A DNA stretch of 64,000 nucleotides, from the NCBI GenBank assembly GCA_034926225.1, contig JAYFRF010000001.1:165962-229961 (forward strand), in the 5' to 3' direction. Made by a program: the position numbers and the translations under genes. Positions 23,764-34,061 of this stretch are shown piece by piece. Under the pieces are notes generated by a model, which made no database searches, was not told where the DNA came from, and saw only the letters and a program-made list of their open reading frames with translations. The stretch is from Clostridiaceae bacterium. Its GTDB lineage: Bacteria > Bacillota > Clostridia > Oscillospirales > QAMX01. The stretch's first letter is position 1, and every line of letters starts with the position of its first letter.

Positions 23764-25675
23764 ATGCCTTTATGAACTGGCCTTTGACGAAGCGGATGAA
23801 CTCTCCTTCAGGCATGGGGCGGGCATAATAATAGCCCTGCATATAAGGTACGCCCATGGAACGCAGCAGACGGATGTGATTGTCGGTCTCGATGCCTTCG
23901 ACGACGACGGAGATACCCATGTTTGCGAACATCGACGCGAGGCCTGCAAGCAGCGCGGTTTTACGGGGTTCTTCATATGCCGTCCAAAGGATTTCTTTGC
24001 CTACCTTGATATATTGGAACGGAAGCTGTAATATGTAATCCAGATTGGACTGACCCGAGCCATAGTCGTCGAGCGCGAAGCTAAAACCTTCCTGCACGAG
24101 TCGGTTCATATTACGCTCCAGTGTGGACAAAGAGCTTGCTGCGGTGGTTTCTGTGATCTCAAAACAGATCAACTCTGGCTTAACCGTATAACGCTGCACT
24201 GTTTCCATATAGGTATGCGGCAGAGAATCCTGAATACACTGGATTGCCGAAAGATTGACGTTGATGTGATTAATTCCGGCCGCACGAATATCGAAATCGG
24301 AGAGGAAGGCACAGACTTTTTCCAGTATCTGCAGACCTAATCGGTTGATAAGCCCGTTTTGCTCAGCGACATGGATGAACTGATCGGGCGGGATAAACCC
24401 GAGCGTGTCATCGTAAAGGCGGGCGAGAGCCTCGGCGGCGAAAATGTGGCCGTTTGCATCGACAATCGGTTGAAAATATATTTCGATACTGCGTTCCTCC
24501 GCAGCACGGTTGACTGCGGCGACAATGAGCAGCATTTGTTCCAGTTCTTCGCAGACAGAACTGGTGACATACAGGGGACGGTCCGCCGGGATATGAGACG
24601 GATCGGAAAGTAGCAGATCCACGGTTGTGAGCATACGATCGGCAGAGGGGATTTCGACGCTGTCAAAAACGGCCGCGTATAGATTGAACTGAAATTCGAC
24701 GTCATGAAAACGAATGCTGGCGGGGAAGCCGTCCGCCGCCCAGCGAAGATCGCGGAGATCCTCGTCCCGAAGGGTTAACAATGCGAAGGTATTGTCGTTT
24801 AAGCGCGCCGTCATACGGCCATGATTTTGATCTTCAAAGGATTGAGCTACCTGCTCGTAAAATGGCCCACAACATTTTTGTCCGAGAGAGTGGCGGATGC
24901 TGGCAGAATCACTGATCATATAGATGGCAAGGCGGAAGTGGACTCTGCCTGCGGACATTTCATTGATGCTGCGTTCAAGCGCCGCCAGATTGAACAGCTG
25001 CGTCTGTGCATCAAGCAGGTCGCGCGGCGTCTCGAGCGCAATGGACATCATCGTGACGCCGAGCGTCGCGGCAAAGCCAATCAGGATATACTCGGGCTGG
25101 TATTTTTCAATAATAATCGCGGCAAGAATAATGAAGATGAAGGATATCATGGAAACAAAAACCCTGCGGGGCAGGGATCGGCGGCGAACAATCAAGTGTA
25201 TGACACAGGCGAGGATGTACAGCGCTGCGATTCCAAACAGCAGGCAGTTATAGGGCCCACGACGATAGGCGTGCGAAGCATCGATATAGAAAATCCAGTG
25301 ACTCCAAGGTGATGAAATCGTAAGAGCGATGCAGAGCATGCACGGAATTAACAAAAGGACGCAGCCGGAGACGCGCATTCGGTCCTTAGGACTGGTTAGA
25401 ATATGGGTATATAGGCAAAACATGCTTGAAAGTGATATATTTAATGATAAATAAACAGTATTAACTAAATATAACAACCATATAGGGTAAAATTCTGACA
25501 TTTCGAGCATTGAAACGGCGGCAATATCGAGGTATATATCAAAAAAAACAGTCAGCATTAACCCCTCAAAGACCTTGTTTTTTAGGCTCTGGAGCCGACG
25601 CTGACCGAAGTGCAGTATGATTATTAACAAAAGATAGAAGAAAGCGCTAATTTCAAACCATATATTAAAAGCCAT
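23762..25675 (-). CDS. Membrane-anchored c-di-GMP phosphodiesterase (multi-TM sensor, degenerate GGDEF, EAL)
   Basis: About 7 N-terminal TM helices. The GGDEF position reads RLNDNTFAL and is therefore degenerate. The EAL domain carries EALARL, LDDYGSG and VVEGIET motifs. Confidence 0.8.
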   Translation of the reverse strand: MAFNIWFEISAFFYLLLIIILHFGQRRLQSLKNKVFEGLMLTVFFDIYLDIAAVSMLEMSEFYPIWLLYLVNTVYLSLNISLSSMFCLYTHILTSPKDRMRVSGCVLLLIPCMLCIALTISSPWSHWIFYIDASHAYRRGPYNCLLFGIAALYILACVIHLIVRRRSLPRRVFVSMISFIFIILAAIIIEKYQPEYILIGFAATLGVTMMSIALETPRDLLDAQTQLFNLAALERSINEMSAGRVHFRLAIYMISDSASIRHSLGQKCCGPFYEQVAQSFEDQNHGRMTARLNDNTFALLTLRDEDLRDLRWAADGFPASIRFHDVEFQFNLYAAVFDSVEIPSADRMLTTVDLLLSDPSHIPADRPLYVTSSVCEELEQMLLIVAAVNRAAEERSIEIYFQPIVDANGHIFAAEALARLYDDTLGFIPPDQFIHVAEQNGLINRLGLQILEKVCAFLSDFDIRAAGINHINVNLSAIQCIQDSLPHTYMETVQRYTVKPELICFEITETTAASSLSTLERNMNRLVQEGFSFALDDYGSGQSNLDYILQLPFQYIKVGKEILWTAYEEPRKTALLAGLASMFANMGISVVVEGIETDNHIRLLRSMGVPYMQGYYYARPMPEGEFIRFVKGQFIKA

Positions 25676-25833
25676 ATGTGCTTTAAGCCACCTCTTTCCT
25701 AACTATTTTTAGTATATCAGAAAAAAGGGTGCTATTCAAGGAATACTAAAAAAACTGGCTAGATTTGGCATAGCTTACAAATATGAATAGAATAATTATG
25801 CAATGTGTGCAATGAAAAATAGAGCGAATCGTC

Positions 25834-27333
25834 TTAGGGCGTTGCCCAGCCCTTTGCGTGACCGATAGCTTGCTGCCAACGGGCATAACTTGCAGAAGCA
25901 TCGTTTTCCGGATAGAATGTGCGCTCAGTACGGTATAAAGCCAAAAGCTCGTCGGTGTCACGCCATACGCCGGCGGACAGACCCGCCAGATACGCGGCCC
26001 CGGCGGCGGTGGTTTCTGTCATAGCGGGGCGGCGTACCGGAAGCCCGAGCACATCTGCCTGGAAACGCATCATCACATCGCTTCTGCTGGCGCCGCCGTC
26101 GACGCGCAGCTCCGTTAATATACATCCGTCCTCTGCCATGGCACGGACGAGATCGGCGGTCTGATAGGCGATTCCCTCGAGCGCCGCGCGGCACAGGTGC
26201 GCTTTGGCGGTGCCTCGTGTAAGACCAACGATGGCACCCCGGGCATACATATCCCAATGGGGCGCGCCAAGGCCAGTAAATGCAGAAACGAAGTAGATGC
26301 CGCCGGCATCCGGTACCGTTTCGGCAAGGATATCGCATTCATGAGCGGAGGAAATGAGCCCCAGCTCATCGCGCAGCCATTGGATGGAAGAACCGGCGTT
26401 GAAAACGCTGCCTTCAATGGCATAGGTCGTCTTGCCGTCAAGCTGCCATGCCACGCTAGTCAGTAAACCGTTTTTAGAGCGGGGAGAAACGCTGCCGGTA
26501 TTCTGCAACAGAAAGCAGCCGGTGCCGTATGTGTTTTTTGCTTCGCCAGGCGCAAAGCAGCATTGCCCAAACAGGGAAGCGGGCTGATCTCCGGCACATC
26601 CGCGGATAGGAATGCCTGCAAGCGTCTCCAGCCCGGGCAGGTGTTCCGCAAGTACGCCGAAATCACCGGAGGACGGGCGGGCTTCGGGCAGCAGGGACAT
26701 CGGGATGTGCAAGGCTTTGCACATCGTTTCATCCCAGCACAGCCGGTCGATGTCGAACAGCATGGTACGTGAGGCGTTGGAATAGTCCGTGGCGTGGACA
26801 TGTCCGTCTGTAAGATTCCATATAAGCCATGAATCGACGGTGCCGGCGCACAGCTCTCCCCTATCCGCGCGTTCCCGTACCCCGGGGACGTTTTCTAGAA
26901 TCCATGCAAGCTTTGTCGCTGAAAAATAGGCGTCCGGTACAAGGCCGGTTACACGGTGGATCGTGGATTCCAGCCCCATCTCCCGCAGCCGTTCCACGAT
27001 GGGGGCGGTACGGCGGCATTGCCATACGATTGCATTATAGACGGGTTTACCGGTAACGCGATCCCATACGACGGTGGTTTCGCGCTGGTTGGTGATGCCG
27101 ATGGCGGAAATGTCGCATGGAGACAGGCCGGAATCCGCGAAGGCTTCGGCGAAACAGGATACCGTAGTCGAGAGGATATCGTAAGGGTCATGTTCAACCC
27201 AGGCGGGCTGGGGATAGATCTGACGGAAGGATTTTTGAGCCGTGGCGATGACAGAGGTATCCGCACCGAAAAGGATGGCTCGGGAGCTGGTGGTGCCTTG
27301 ATCGAGCGAAACGACGGCGGTTTTCATGGGCAA
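25834..27333 (-). CDS. glpK: Glycerol kinase
   Basis: 499 aa, FGGY kinase family. The N-terminus is VVSLDQGTTSSRAILF, with a full-length match to the GlpK pattern. Confidence 0.95.
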   Translation of the reverse strand: MPMKTAVVSLDQGTTSSRAILFGADTSVIATAQKSFRQIYPQPAWVEHDPYDILSTTVSCFAEAFADSGLSPCDISAIGITNQRETTVVWDRVTGKPVYNAIVWQCRRTAPIVERLREMGLESTIHRVTGLVPDAYFSATKLAWILENVPGVRERADRGELCAGTVDSWLIWNLTDGHVHATDYSNASRTMLFDIDRLCWDETMCKALHIPMSLLPEARPSSGDFGVLAEHLPGLETLAGIPIRGCAGDQPASLFGQCCFAPGEAKNTYGTGCFLLQNTGSVSPRSKNGLLTSVAWQLDGKTTYAIEGSVFNAGSSIQWLRDELGLISSAHECDILAETVPDAGGIYFVSAFTGLGAPHWDMYARGAIVGLTRGTAKAHLCRAALEGIAYQTADLVRAMAEDGCILTELRVDGGASRSDVMMRFQADVLGLPVRRPAMTETTAAGAAYLAGLSAGVWRDTDELLALYRTERTFYPENDASASYARWQQAIGHAKGWATP

Positions 27334-27345
27334 CTCCCCTTTTCA

Positions 27346-27380
27346 TTAAAAAGCGGGGGATTGAAGCCTCAATCCCCCGC
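27346..27380 (-). terminator. Rho-independent terminator after the oxidoreductase gene
   Basis: GCGGGGGATTGA / TCAATCCCCCGC stem followed by TTTTT on the minus strand. Confidence 0.75.
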
Positions 27381-27393
27381 CATATACGCATAA

Positions 27394-28455
27394 TTAGATG
27401 CCGGTCTGACGGTGCGCTTCTTCCATGACATAGATTTGCTGCGCGACCTGCTTAAAGGCAACGGGCAGCGGCTTGCCGTCGGTCAGGTGATTGTACACGT
27501 CGTCATACAGGCAGCGGGTATCGCTGGAGAAGACCTGATCGAGGACATTGGTTTCCTGCCACTCGTTTTCGTACCAGGTGAGCTTCTCGGAGCAATAAGC
27601 GGGCAGTCCGTCGGCGTTAACGAGCGGGGTACGGATGAGATGCTGCTCGGGCGCTTCGGCGGGCTTAAAGTACTTCCAGCGGACGGACTTCGCGTCCGCG
27701 GTCAGCGCGCCGCAGGAACCCTGTACCTGATAGGTAAACAGCGGATAGCCGTCGCAGGACGAAATCTCAACGTCGATGAGCGGACGGCCGGGAGCGGAGA
27801 GAAGGAGCTTGACGAAGTCTTCCGCGTCGCCGTAGGTATTCACGCGATCCATCTTGCAATAGACCTCGGGCTTGCCGTCATAGTAGTTAAGGAACTCAAG
27901 CGCTTGTCCGACGGGATGGGGGCCGGTGTTGAAAAGGGAGCCGGCGGTGTTTTCACGAAGCGTCTGCCAGTCCCAGCGACGGCCGTAGCCGGAGGAGGTG
28001 ATCTTGACCTCGACGATGCGGCCGAGGACGCCGGAGTCGCAGATTTCACGAATCTTCACGAATTGCTTGCGGTAGCGGGACTGGAGGAAGATAGCAAACA
28101 TCTTACCGGTTTCGGCGATGGCTTCCTTCAGTTCTTCGATTTGCGCCATATTCGCGGCGATGGGCTTCTCCTGAAGCACGTTAAAGCCGTGACGCATCAA
28201 ATCAATGGCGATCGGCTGATGGAACTGCGACGGCGTGGCATTGATAACGAAATCGATATCGGTGCGGCCGAACAGCTCGGTGTAGTTTTCGTAGACGTCG
28301 CAGCCGGGGTATTCCTGTAAAGCGCGTTCACGGCGCTCCGGCAGCGGATCGACAACAGCCACTACATGAAAACGATCGTCGGTTTTGATGTGTGCGCCAT
28401 GGATATTCCGTCCCGAACGTCCCTGCCCGAGGATGGCGACATTCAATACCTTCAT
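27394..28455 (-). CDS. Gfo/Idh/MocA family NAD(P)-dependent oxidoreductase
   Basis: AAGGAGA SD before the ATG at 28455. The N-terminal Rossmann motif is VAILGQGRSGR. The upstream ORF extension to 28569 is unlikely to be real. Confidence 0.85.
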   Translation of the reverse strand: MKVLNVAILGQGRSGRNIHGAHIKTDDRFHVVAVVDPLPERRERALQEYPGCDVYENYTELFGRTDIDFVINATPSQFHQPIAIDLMRHGFNVLQEKPIAANMAQIEELKEAIAETGKMFAIFLQSRYRKQFVKIREICDSGVLGRIVEVKITSSGYGRRWDWQTLRENTAGSLFNTGPHPVGQALEFLNYYDGKPEVYCKMDRVNTYGDAEDFVKLLLSAPGRPLIDVEISSCDGYPLFTYQVQGSCGALTADAKSVRWKYFKPAEAPEQHLIRTPLVNADGLPAYCSEKLTWYENEWQETNVLDQVFSSDTRCLYDDVYNHLTDGKPLPVAFKQVAQQIYVMEEAHRQTGI

Positions 28456-28573
28456 GGTGTTCGTCTCCTTATGTGTATTCATCTGGATACTACTTTCAAT
28501 ATACCATATTTGACATTCGTTTGCAAGTGCTTTTTCGCAAAGTGTTGTGAAGACTAAAAAATCAGGCAATAAT

Positions 28574-29428
28574 CTATGTGACTTCGTTTTCGCCGATTAA
28601 AAAGGGACTATATGGATTGTGCCGCGCTGTATTGCGCCGGACGGACGCCGCACTGTAATTGGCGTAGCAATAGACGCATCCGTGCCGGCAGGTATTATAG
28701 ACGCCGATATCGACCGCTTCCGCGCAGCCGCAGCCGGGACGCTGGGAACGATCCTGACGCAAGGGGATCGGACGTCCGCAGACGGCACGAATCAACCCCG
28801 CGTCGATGCAGTGTGCCTGGGTGATACCATAGGGCGACAGATCGGAGGATTCGCAGCAAGCGGTTGGTATAAAGCCGTATGCGCGTGCGGTGTTGCCGAT
28901 AAACTCTGCCAGCGCTGCGATTTCAGAACCCGAAACCGCACGGACAAGCGGGGTACGCAGCTTTGGGTACAGATCCACAAAACTGATTGTCACACGTTCG
29001 GCGGCGCCGGACAGCGCCTGACACAGTGCGGTGAAGGCGGCTTTGTGGTAATCGATGGTGAGGGTATCGTTGAGTATAATCGGGTCATAGCGCCATATCA
29101 CGCGGGAAGGGCCTACTATTTGGCTGAGCGCGTGGAATGTGTGAATCAACGTCGATTTGTCAGGCAATCCCGACTCGATTGTGCGGTCATACGGTGTGAG
29201 TGTGAACTGGAAATAGTATGGAAATATAATCTCACCAAGTCGAGGCAGCATCGGAGCGGGGTCTTTCGTCCAAAAAACGGCACAATCGCACTCGGCGAAC
29301 TCCACGCGGCGTACCTGTGACAGATTAAAAGGATTCCGCGTCATGGCGAAGCCCGCATGAATACGGTTATAAAACCATTCGGAATAAAAGGCGGGAATAT
29401 CGGTGCGTCTCGAGACGGAAAGGATCAT
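28574..29428 (-). CDS. DUF1848 family protein (C-terminal CxxxCxxC cluster)
   Basis: MILSVSRRTDIPAFYSEWF.. is the canonical DUF1848 N-terminus. The C-terminal cluster is NTCRHGCVYCYAN. TAAGGAG SD before the ATG at 29428. Confidence 0.75.
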   Translation of the reverse strand: MILSVSRRTDIPAFYSEWFYNRIHAGFAMTRNPFNLSQVRRVEFAECDCAVFWTKDPAPMLPRLGEIIFPYYFQFTLTPYDRTIESGLPDKSTLIHTFHALSQIVGPSRVIWRYDPIILNDTLTIDYHKAAFTALCQALSGAAERVTISFVDLYPKLRTPLVRAVSGSEIAALAEFIGNTARAYGFIPTACCESSDLSPYGITQAHCIDAGLIRAVCGRPIPLRQDRSQRPGCGCAEAVDIGVYNTCRHGCVYCYANYSAASVRRNTARHNPYSPFLIGENEVT

Positions 29429-29595
29429 ATTGCGCTCCTTAAATACAAGATGATAACCACACACAGTTTAGCTAATCTGTTGCAGAATGTCAAGCGATTT
29501 AGATAAATAATGTCTTATGCGGCACTTGATTTTTCTACATTGATAGGATATACTAAAGCACGAAGTGAATCCGTAAATCCGGGAGGTTTTTAACA

Positions 29596-30483
29596 TTGTC
29601 CGATCATATTGTCCGCGCAACAGCCGCAGATAACCGCATTCGTGCGTTTGCAGCGTCCACACGCGATTTAGTCGAGGAAGCCAGAGCGCGCCATAATACA
29701 AGTCCCGTTATCACGGCAGCCCTTGGCAGACTTCTGACAGCAGCCGCGATGATGGGGGTTACGCTGAAGCGTGAAGATGAAAAGCTTACGCTGAAGATTG
29801 AAGGCGACGGCCCGGTGAAGATGCTGATCGCCCAGTCCGATGCCCATGCAAACGTCCGAGGCTATGCAGCCGAGCCGTGCGTACTTTTGGGTGCGAACGA
29901 GAAGGGTAAACTCGACGTCGCGGGAGCCGTCGGTAAGGGTGTGCTGCGTGTGACGCGTCAGGGAAGCTCGGGCGAGCCGTTTACGGGGACGTCGGAGCTT
30001 GTTTCCGGTGAGATAGCGGAAGATCTGACCTACTACTACGCCCTGTCCGAGCAGACACCGTCGGCGGTAGCGTTGGGGGTGCTGATGAATCACGATAACA
30101 CCGTGCGCGCGGCGGGCGGATTTATCATCCAGCTCATGCCGAATGCGGGAGAGGATATCGTCGCGGCACTGGAAGCGCGGCTTGCGGCGCTGCGTCCGGT
30201 GACGACCCTGCTTGCGGAAGGGAAGAGTGCGGAGGAACTGCTGCGGGAAGCGCTTGGGTGCTTTGAAGTGACGGTCAATGAGACGATGCCAGCGCGGTTT
30301 TATTGCGGCTGCACGCGGGAGAGCGTCGAGCGTGTGCTGTTAAGTCTCGGCTACGATGAGCTTTCCTCCCTTGCGGGAAAGCCGGTGGAGGTTCACTGCG
30401 ATTACTGTTCGAGCGATTATGAGTATTCAGCCCAAGAAGTCGAAGCGTTATTGGAATCATTGCATAAGGAGGAGCGTTCATGA
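29596..30483 (+). CDS. hslO: Redox-regulated chaperone Hsp33
   Basis: TTG start. The C-terminal zinc centre is CGC..(30 aa)..CDYC, with an overall Hsp33 pattern. Confidence 0.9.
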   Translation: MSDHIVRATAADNRIRAFAASTRDLVEEARARHNTSPVITAALGRLLTAAAMMGVTLKREDEKLTLKIEGDGPVKMLIAQSDAHANVRGYAAEPCVLLGANEKGKLDVAGAVGKGVLRVTRQGSSGEPFTGTSELVSGEIAEDLTYYYALSEQTPSAVALGVLMNHDNTVRAAGGFIIQLMPNAGEDIVAALEARLAALRPVTTLLAEGKSAEELLREALGCFEVTVNETMPARFYCGCTRESVERVLLSLGYDELSSLAGKPVEVHCDYCSSDYEYSAQEVEALLESLHKEERS

Positions 30484-31523
30484 GACCATTGAAGACCGGT
30501 TACGCCTATCATGGCAATCGTATGCCCCAACACGTCGAGACCGATCTGCGCGACATGGCGGCGCATAACACGAACCTCGTCGTCCATATGTTTTCCCATA
30601 CCGACTGGGATCGTCACAAGAACATCATGAAGGAAATCGTGGCGATGACTGAGGATTATGGGATGGAGACATGGATAGACAATTGGGGACTCGGAGGCCC
30701 CCCCGGAGATAAGTCCCACTTCCTTGCATATTATCCAGATTCGCACATAATCTACTCCGACGGCTCGATGGATCCGGTGCGCGCGTGCCTGAACAGCCCG
30801 GATTTCCGCAAATTCACTAAAGAGTGGATCGACGCGGTCGAATACATCGGCGGCAAAACGATCTTTTGGGATGAACCGCATCAGCCAAAGAAGAAAACCG
30901 ATGGCGGAGAAGTCTATGGCTGTGCATGCCCGCGCTGCCGCAAGCTTTTCCGCGAAAAGTACGGCTATGACATGCCGCTTACCGCAAACGGAGATGTCGA
31001 GAACTTCCGTATTGATTCCATTGTCGATTATTTCAGCGAAGTAACCGCCTACAGCGCATCCAAGAGTATCTACAACACCGTCTGCGTTATGTTGGGTGAT
31101 TCGCACGGCATCAATCTTGCGACGATTGACCGCATCTGCGGCCTTAAGACGCTCGAGAACATCGGCTCCGATCCCTACTGGGTAGGTTCCGGCGCGGATC
31201 CGTACGAATTTGTGTACAAGGGAACCCGTCGCAACATTGAAGTTTCCGAGAAATTCGGGAAGGACCATAATATCTGGATTCAGACCTTCAACAACCCGCG
31301 CGGAACCGAGGAGGACATCATCACCGCGACGGAGGCTGCTTACGATGCCGGTGCGCGGACAATTATAGCATGGGGTTACTACGGCTCAGCTTCCAACGAT
31401 TACCGTGCCAAGAACCCTGAGGTGACGCGTGGGAAGACTGCCGAAGCATTCCGCCGTATTTGGGACATGGAGCGCGACCGTATCTTAAGAGAAGGCCGCG
31501 CGAAAATGGGACTAACGATATAA
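30480..31523 (+). CDS. Hypothetical protein, possibly a TIM-barrel glycoside-hydrolase-like fold
   Basis: 347 aa. The ATG overlaps the hslO stop (ATGA), with an AAGGAGGAG SD inside the hslO 3' end. No motif securely recognised. Confidence 0.6.
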   Translation: MRPLKTGYAYHGNRMPQHVETDLRDMAAHNTNLVVHMFSHTDWDRHKNIMKEIVAMTEDYGMETWIDNWGLGGPPGDKSHFLAYYPDSHIIYSDGSMDPVRACLNSPDFRKFTKEWIDAVEYIGGKTIFWDEPHQPKKKTDGGEVYGCACPRCRKLFREKYGYDMPLTANGDVENFRIDSIVDYFSEVTAYSASKSIYNTVCVMLGDSHGINLATIDRICGLKTLENIGSDPYWVGSGADPYEFVYKGTRRNIEVSEKFGKDHNIWIQTFNNPRGTEEDIITATEAAYDAGARTIIAWGYYGSASNDYRAKNPEVTRGKTAEAFRRIWDMERDRILREGRAKMGLTI

Positions 31524-31578
31524 AATATACTATTTGGGCGGCGGGTAGGTCTTCTTACCCGCTGTCTGACGGATGTAA

Positions 31579-31614
31579 GCTCTGTTAAGCGAGGAGTATA
31601 CCGCTTAACAGAGC
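31579..31614 (+). terminator. Stem-loop downstream of 30480..31523
   Basis: 13-bp perfect stem GCTCTGTTAAGCG / CGCTTAACAGAGC. The T-tract (GGGTTATTATTC) is weak. Confidence 0.5.
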
Positions 31615-31784
31615 GGGTTATTATTCTAAATCTCTTATATATTTAATGTAAACTCGGTCTTTTTCGTCGAATGCTCCCGTTTTATTTTATGACGGTCAGC
31701 GTTAAGACTATGACCAGCCTAGTTTGTGTGTAACTGTTAGCATGAATAATTATCATGCGATATAATTAATAGGGAGGTTTCTCT

Positions 31785-33875
31785 GTGCAACCGACGCTTT
31801 CGATGTTTTATGTGATCTCCTTTTTAGTCGTGGTTATTGCCTTTTGCTTTGCGTGGTACCTCTATTTATGGGTGAAAAAGCAGAAGAACTGCACCGAAAA
31901 AGTCCAATCCATCGCATTATTAATTCAAAAAGGCGCGAATACCTTTCTGCGCAAAGAGTATGCAGTCCTTGCAAAATTCGCGGTTATCGCTGCTGTTATC
32001 ATTTTTGTACTGCTTCCCCAACCGGTTTGGAAAGGCAACGTCGTCGAAAACCTGACGATGGCGCTGACATATATCGCCGGCACGGTGCTGTCGGCACTGG
32101 CTGGTAAGATCGGTATTCTGGTCGCGACGAACGCCAACCAAAAGGCGGCGGAAGGCGCGCGCGAGGGCATTAAGCCAGCGTTCCTTGCCGGTTTCCGCGG
32201 CGGCGCGGTCATGGGGCTTGCGGTTGTCGGCGCGTCGCTACTCGGCGTCGCGATGGTGCTGATGATTACAAAAAATACAACGGCACTGCTCGGCTTTTCC
32301 TTCGGCGCCAGTTCCCTTGCACTGTTCGCCAAGGCTGGCGGCGGTATCTTTACCAAAACGGCAGACATCAGCGCCGACCTTGTCGGCAAGGTGGAGCTGG
32401 GAATCCCCGAGGACGACCCGCGTAACCCCGCGGTCATCGCCGATAACGTCGGCGATAACGTCGGTGACGTCGCCGGTATGGGCGCGGATCTATTCGACTC
32501 CAACGTCGCATCGATGGCAGCGGCTCTGGTTATGGCGGCGACGCTTGATAAAGCGGCGAACGGCCAGATCAACACGATGATGGTCTTCTGTTATGCGGCA
32601 GCGGGACTTTTAGCCTCCATCATCGGTATCGCGATGGCGCGTATCGGCAAGAACGGAAACCCGACGCACGCCCTGAACTCCTCTACTTATGTGACAACGG
32701 CGCTGTTTCTTGCTCTGACCGCCGGAGCAAACCTCCTGTTTGAGGGGTTCTCCTGGCGCGTATGGGGCGCGTCCGCCGTCGGGCTCCTCATCGGCGTCAT
32801 CATCGGTATCGTAACCGACTACTTTACGGATGATTCCCATAACATCGTCCGGAATGTCGCCCGCGCTTCCGGCTCCGGCCCCGCATTTACGATTTTATCC
32901 GGCGTGTCCTACGGCTTCATCTCCGCTTTACCGGCGATGGTCGGTATCGCGGTCTCCGCGCTCGCGGCGTATAAAATCTGCGAGCCGATGGGAGAAGGCT
33001 ACGCGATGTTCGGTATTTCCATGGCAGCTGTCGGTATGCTTTCCATCGTCGGCATGATCATCAGCAACGACGCTTACGGTCCGATCGTCGACAACGCCAG
33101 AGGTTTAGTTGAAATGGGCGACCTTGGCGATACGGCACTAGATGTAACCGATGAACTGGATTCGGCCGGCAACACGGTCAAAGCGGTTACGAAGGGCTTT
33201 GCCATCGGTGCGGCTGGACTGACGGTCATCAGCCTTTTAGGCGCGTATATGAGCGAGGTCAACGTCGCTGCTGCCGAAATGGGCAAAGAACTGTTAACCG
33301 GTTTTGATATTATGAACCCCACGGTGTTCTTCGGTGTCCTGATCGGCGCAGCAATACCGGCGGTTTTCTCCGCGATGCTGATGCTTGGCGTCGATAAAAA
33401 TGCCCAGCGTATGGTTGCCGAGATTCGTCGTCAGTTCCGTGAAATCGTCGGATTAAAGGAAGGCAAAAAGGATGTGCATCCCGAATACGATAAATGCATT
33501 CAGATTGCAACTACAGGCGCGTTAAAAGAGCTAATTCCGGCGGGTCTTGTTGCAATTATCTCAACGCTTATCGTCGGCTTCATCGGCGGCGTCAGCGCGG
33601 TGGGCGGCTTCCTGCTTGGGAATATCGTCTCCGGTCTGCTGCTTGCGCTTTTCATGTCCAATGCGGGCGGCCTGTGGGATAACTCGAAGAAATATATTGA
33701 AAGCGGCGCGGAGGGTGGAAAAGGCTCGGAAGCGCATAAGGCTGCCGTCGTTGGCGACACCGTCGGCGACCCGTTTAAGGATACGGCAGGTCCTTCCATC
33801 AACACGCAGATTACCGTTGTATCACTGGTAGCATCCTTGATGTCCACGCTGTTCCTTGCGCTGTCTATTTTTTAA
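31785..33875 (+). CDS. hppA: Membrane-bound ion-translocating pyrophosphatase
   Basis: 696 aa. Motifs are GGIFTKTADISADLVGKVE, DNVGDNVGD, the AGNTVKAVTKGFAIG block and GDTVGDPFKDT. GTG start after a GGGAGG SD. Confidence 0.95.
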   Translation: MQPTLSMFYVISFLVVVIAFCFAWYLYLWVKKQKNCTEKVQSIALLIQKGANTFLRKEYAVLAKFAVIAAVIIFVLLPQPVWKGNVVENLTMALTYIAGTVLSALAGKIGILVATNANQKAAEGAREGIKPAFLAGFRGGAVMGLAVVGASLLGVAMVLMITKNTTALLGFSFGASSLALFAKAGGGIFTKTADISADLVGKVELGIPEDDPRNPAVIADNVGDNVGDVAGMGADLFDSNVASMAAALVMAATLDKAANGQINTMMVFCYAAAGLLASIIGIAMARIGKNGNPTHALNSSTYVTTALFLALTAGANLLFEGFSWRVWGASAVGLLIGVIIGIVTDYFTDDSHNIVRNVARASGSGPAFTILSGVSYGFISALPAMVGIAVSALAAYKICEPMGEGYAMFGISMAAVGMLSIVGMIISNDAYGPIVDNARGLVEMGDLGDTALDVTDELDSAGNTVKAVTKGFAIGAAGLTVISLLGAYMSEVNVAAAEMGKELLTGFDIMNPTVFFGVLIGAAIPAVFSAMLMLGVDKNAQRMVAEIRRQFREIVGLKEGKKDVHPEYDKCIQIATTGALKELIPAGLVAIISTLIVGFIGGVSAVGGFLLGNIVSGLLLALFMSNAGGLWDNSKKYIESGAEGGKGSEAHKAAVVGDTVGDPFKDTAGPSINTQITVVSLVASLMSTLFLALSIF

Positions 33876-34031
33876 TTCGCTTTTTTTTAGTACATTTAAG
33901 GTGAAGTAAAATAGCGGGAGCGTTCGACGACGAAGACCAAAGAGAATTTATATAGCATAGAGACGCATAAGCTAGCGGGTGGTATACTCCCATCCGCCGG
34001 ACGGGTAAAAAAACACCTATAATAATAGAAT

Positions 34032-34061
34032 GGGGAACCTACTGTGTTCCCCATAATTTTT
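34032..34061 (+). terminator. Terminator-like hairpin plus T-run 24 nt upstream of the GH38 SD (hppA terminator or attenuator)
   Basis: GGGGAAC / GTTCCCC 7-bp stem with a 7-nt loop, followed by ATAATTTTTA. Confidence 0.5.

Noticed and set aside
27412-28320. Long antisense ORFs inside GC-rich genes. These include 27412..28320, 41790..42641, 53816..55054, 56321..57196, 4499..5113, 8160..8765, 28619..29320, 20661..21071 and many shorter ones.
   Set aside because: These are typical shadow ORFs of high-GC coding DNA. Their translations are Arg/Gly/Ala/Pro-rich, they lack SD sequences and they are fully embedded opposite well-supported genes.
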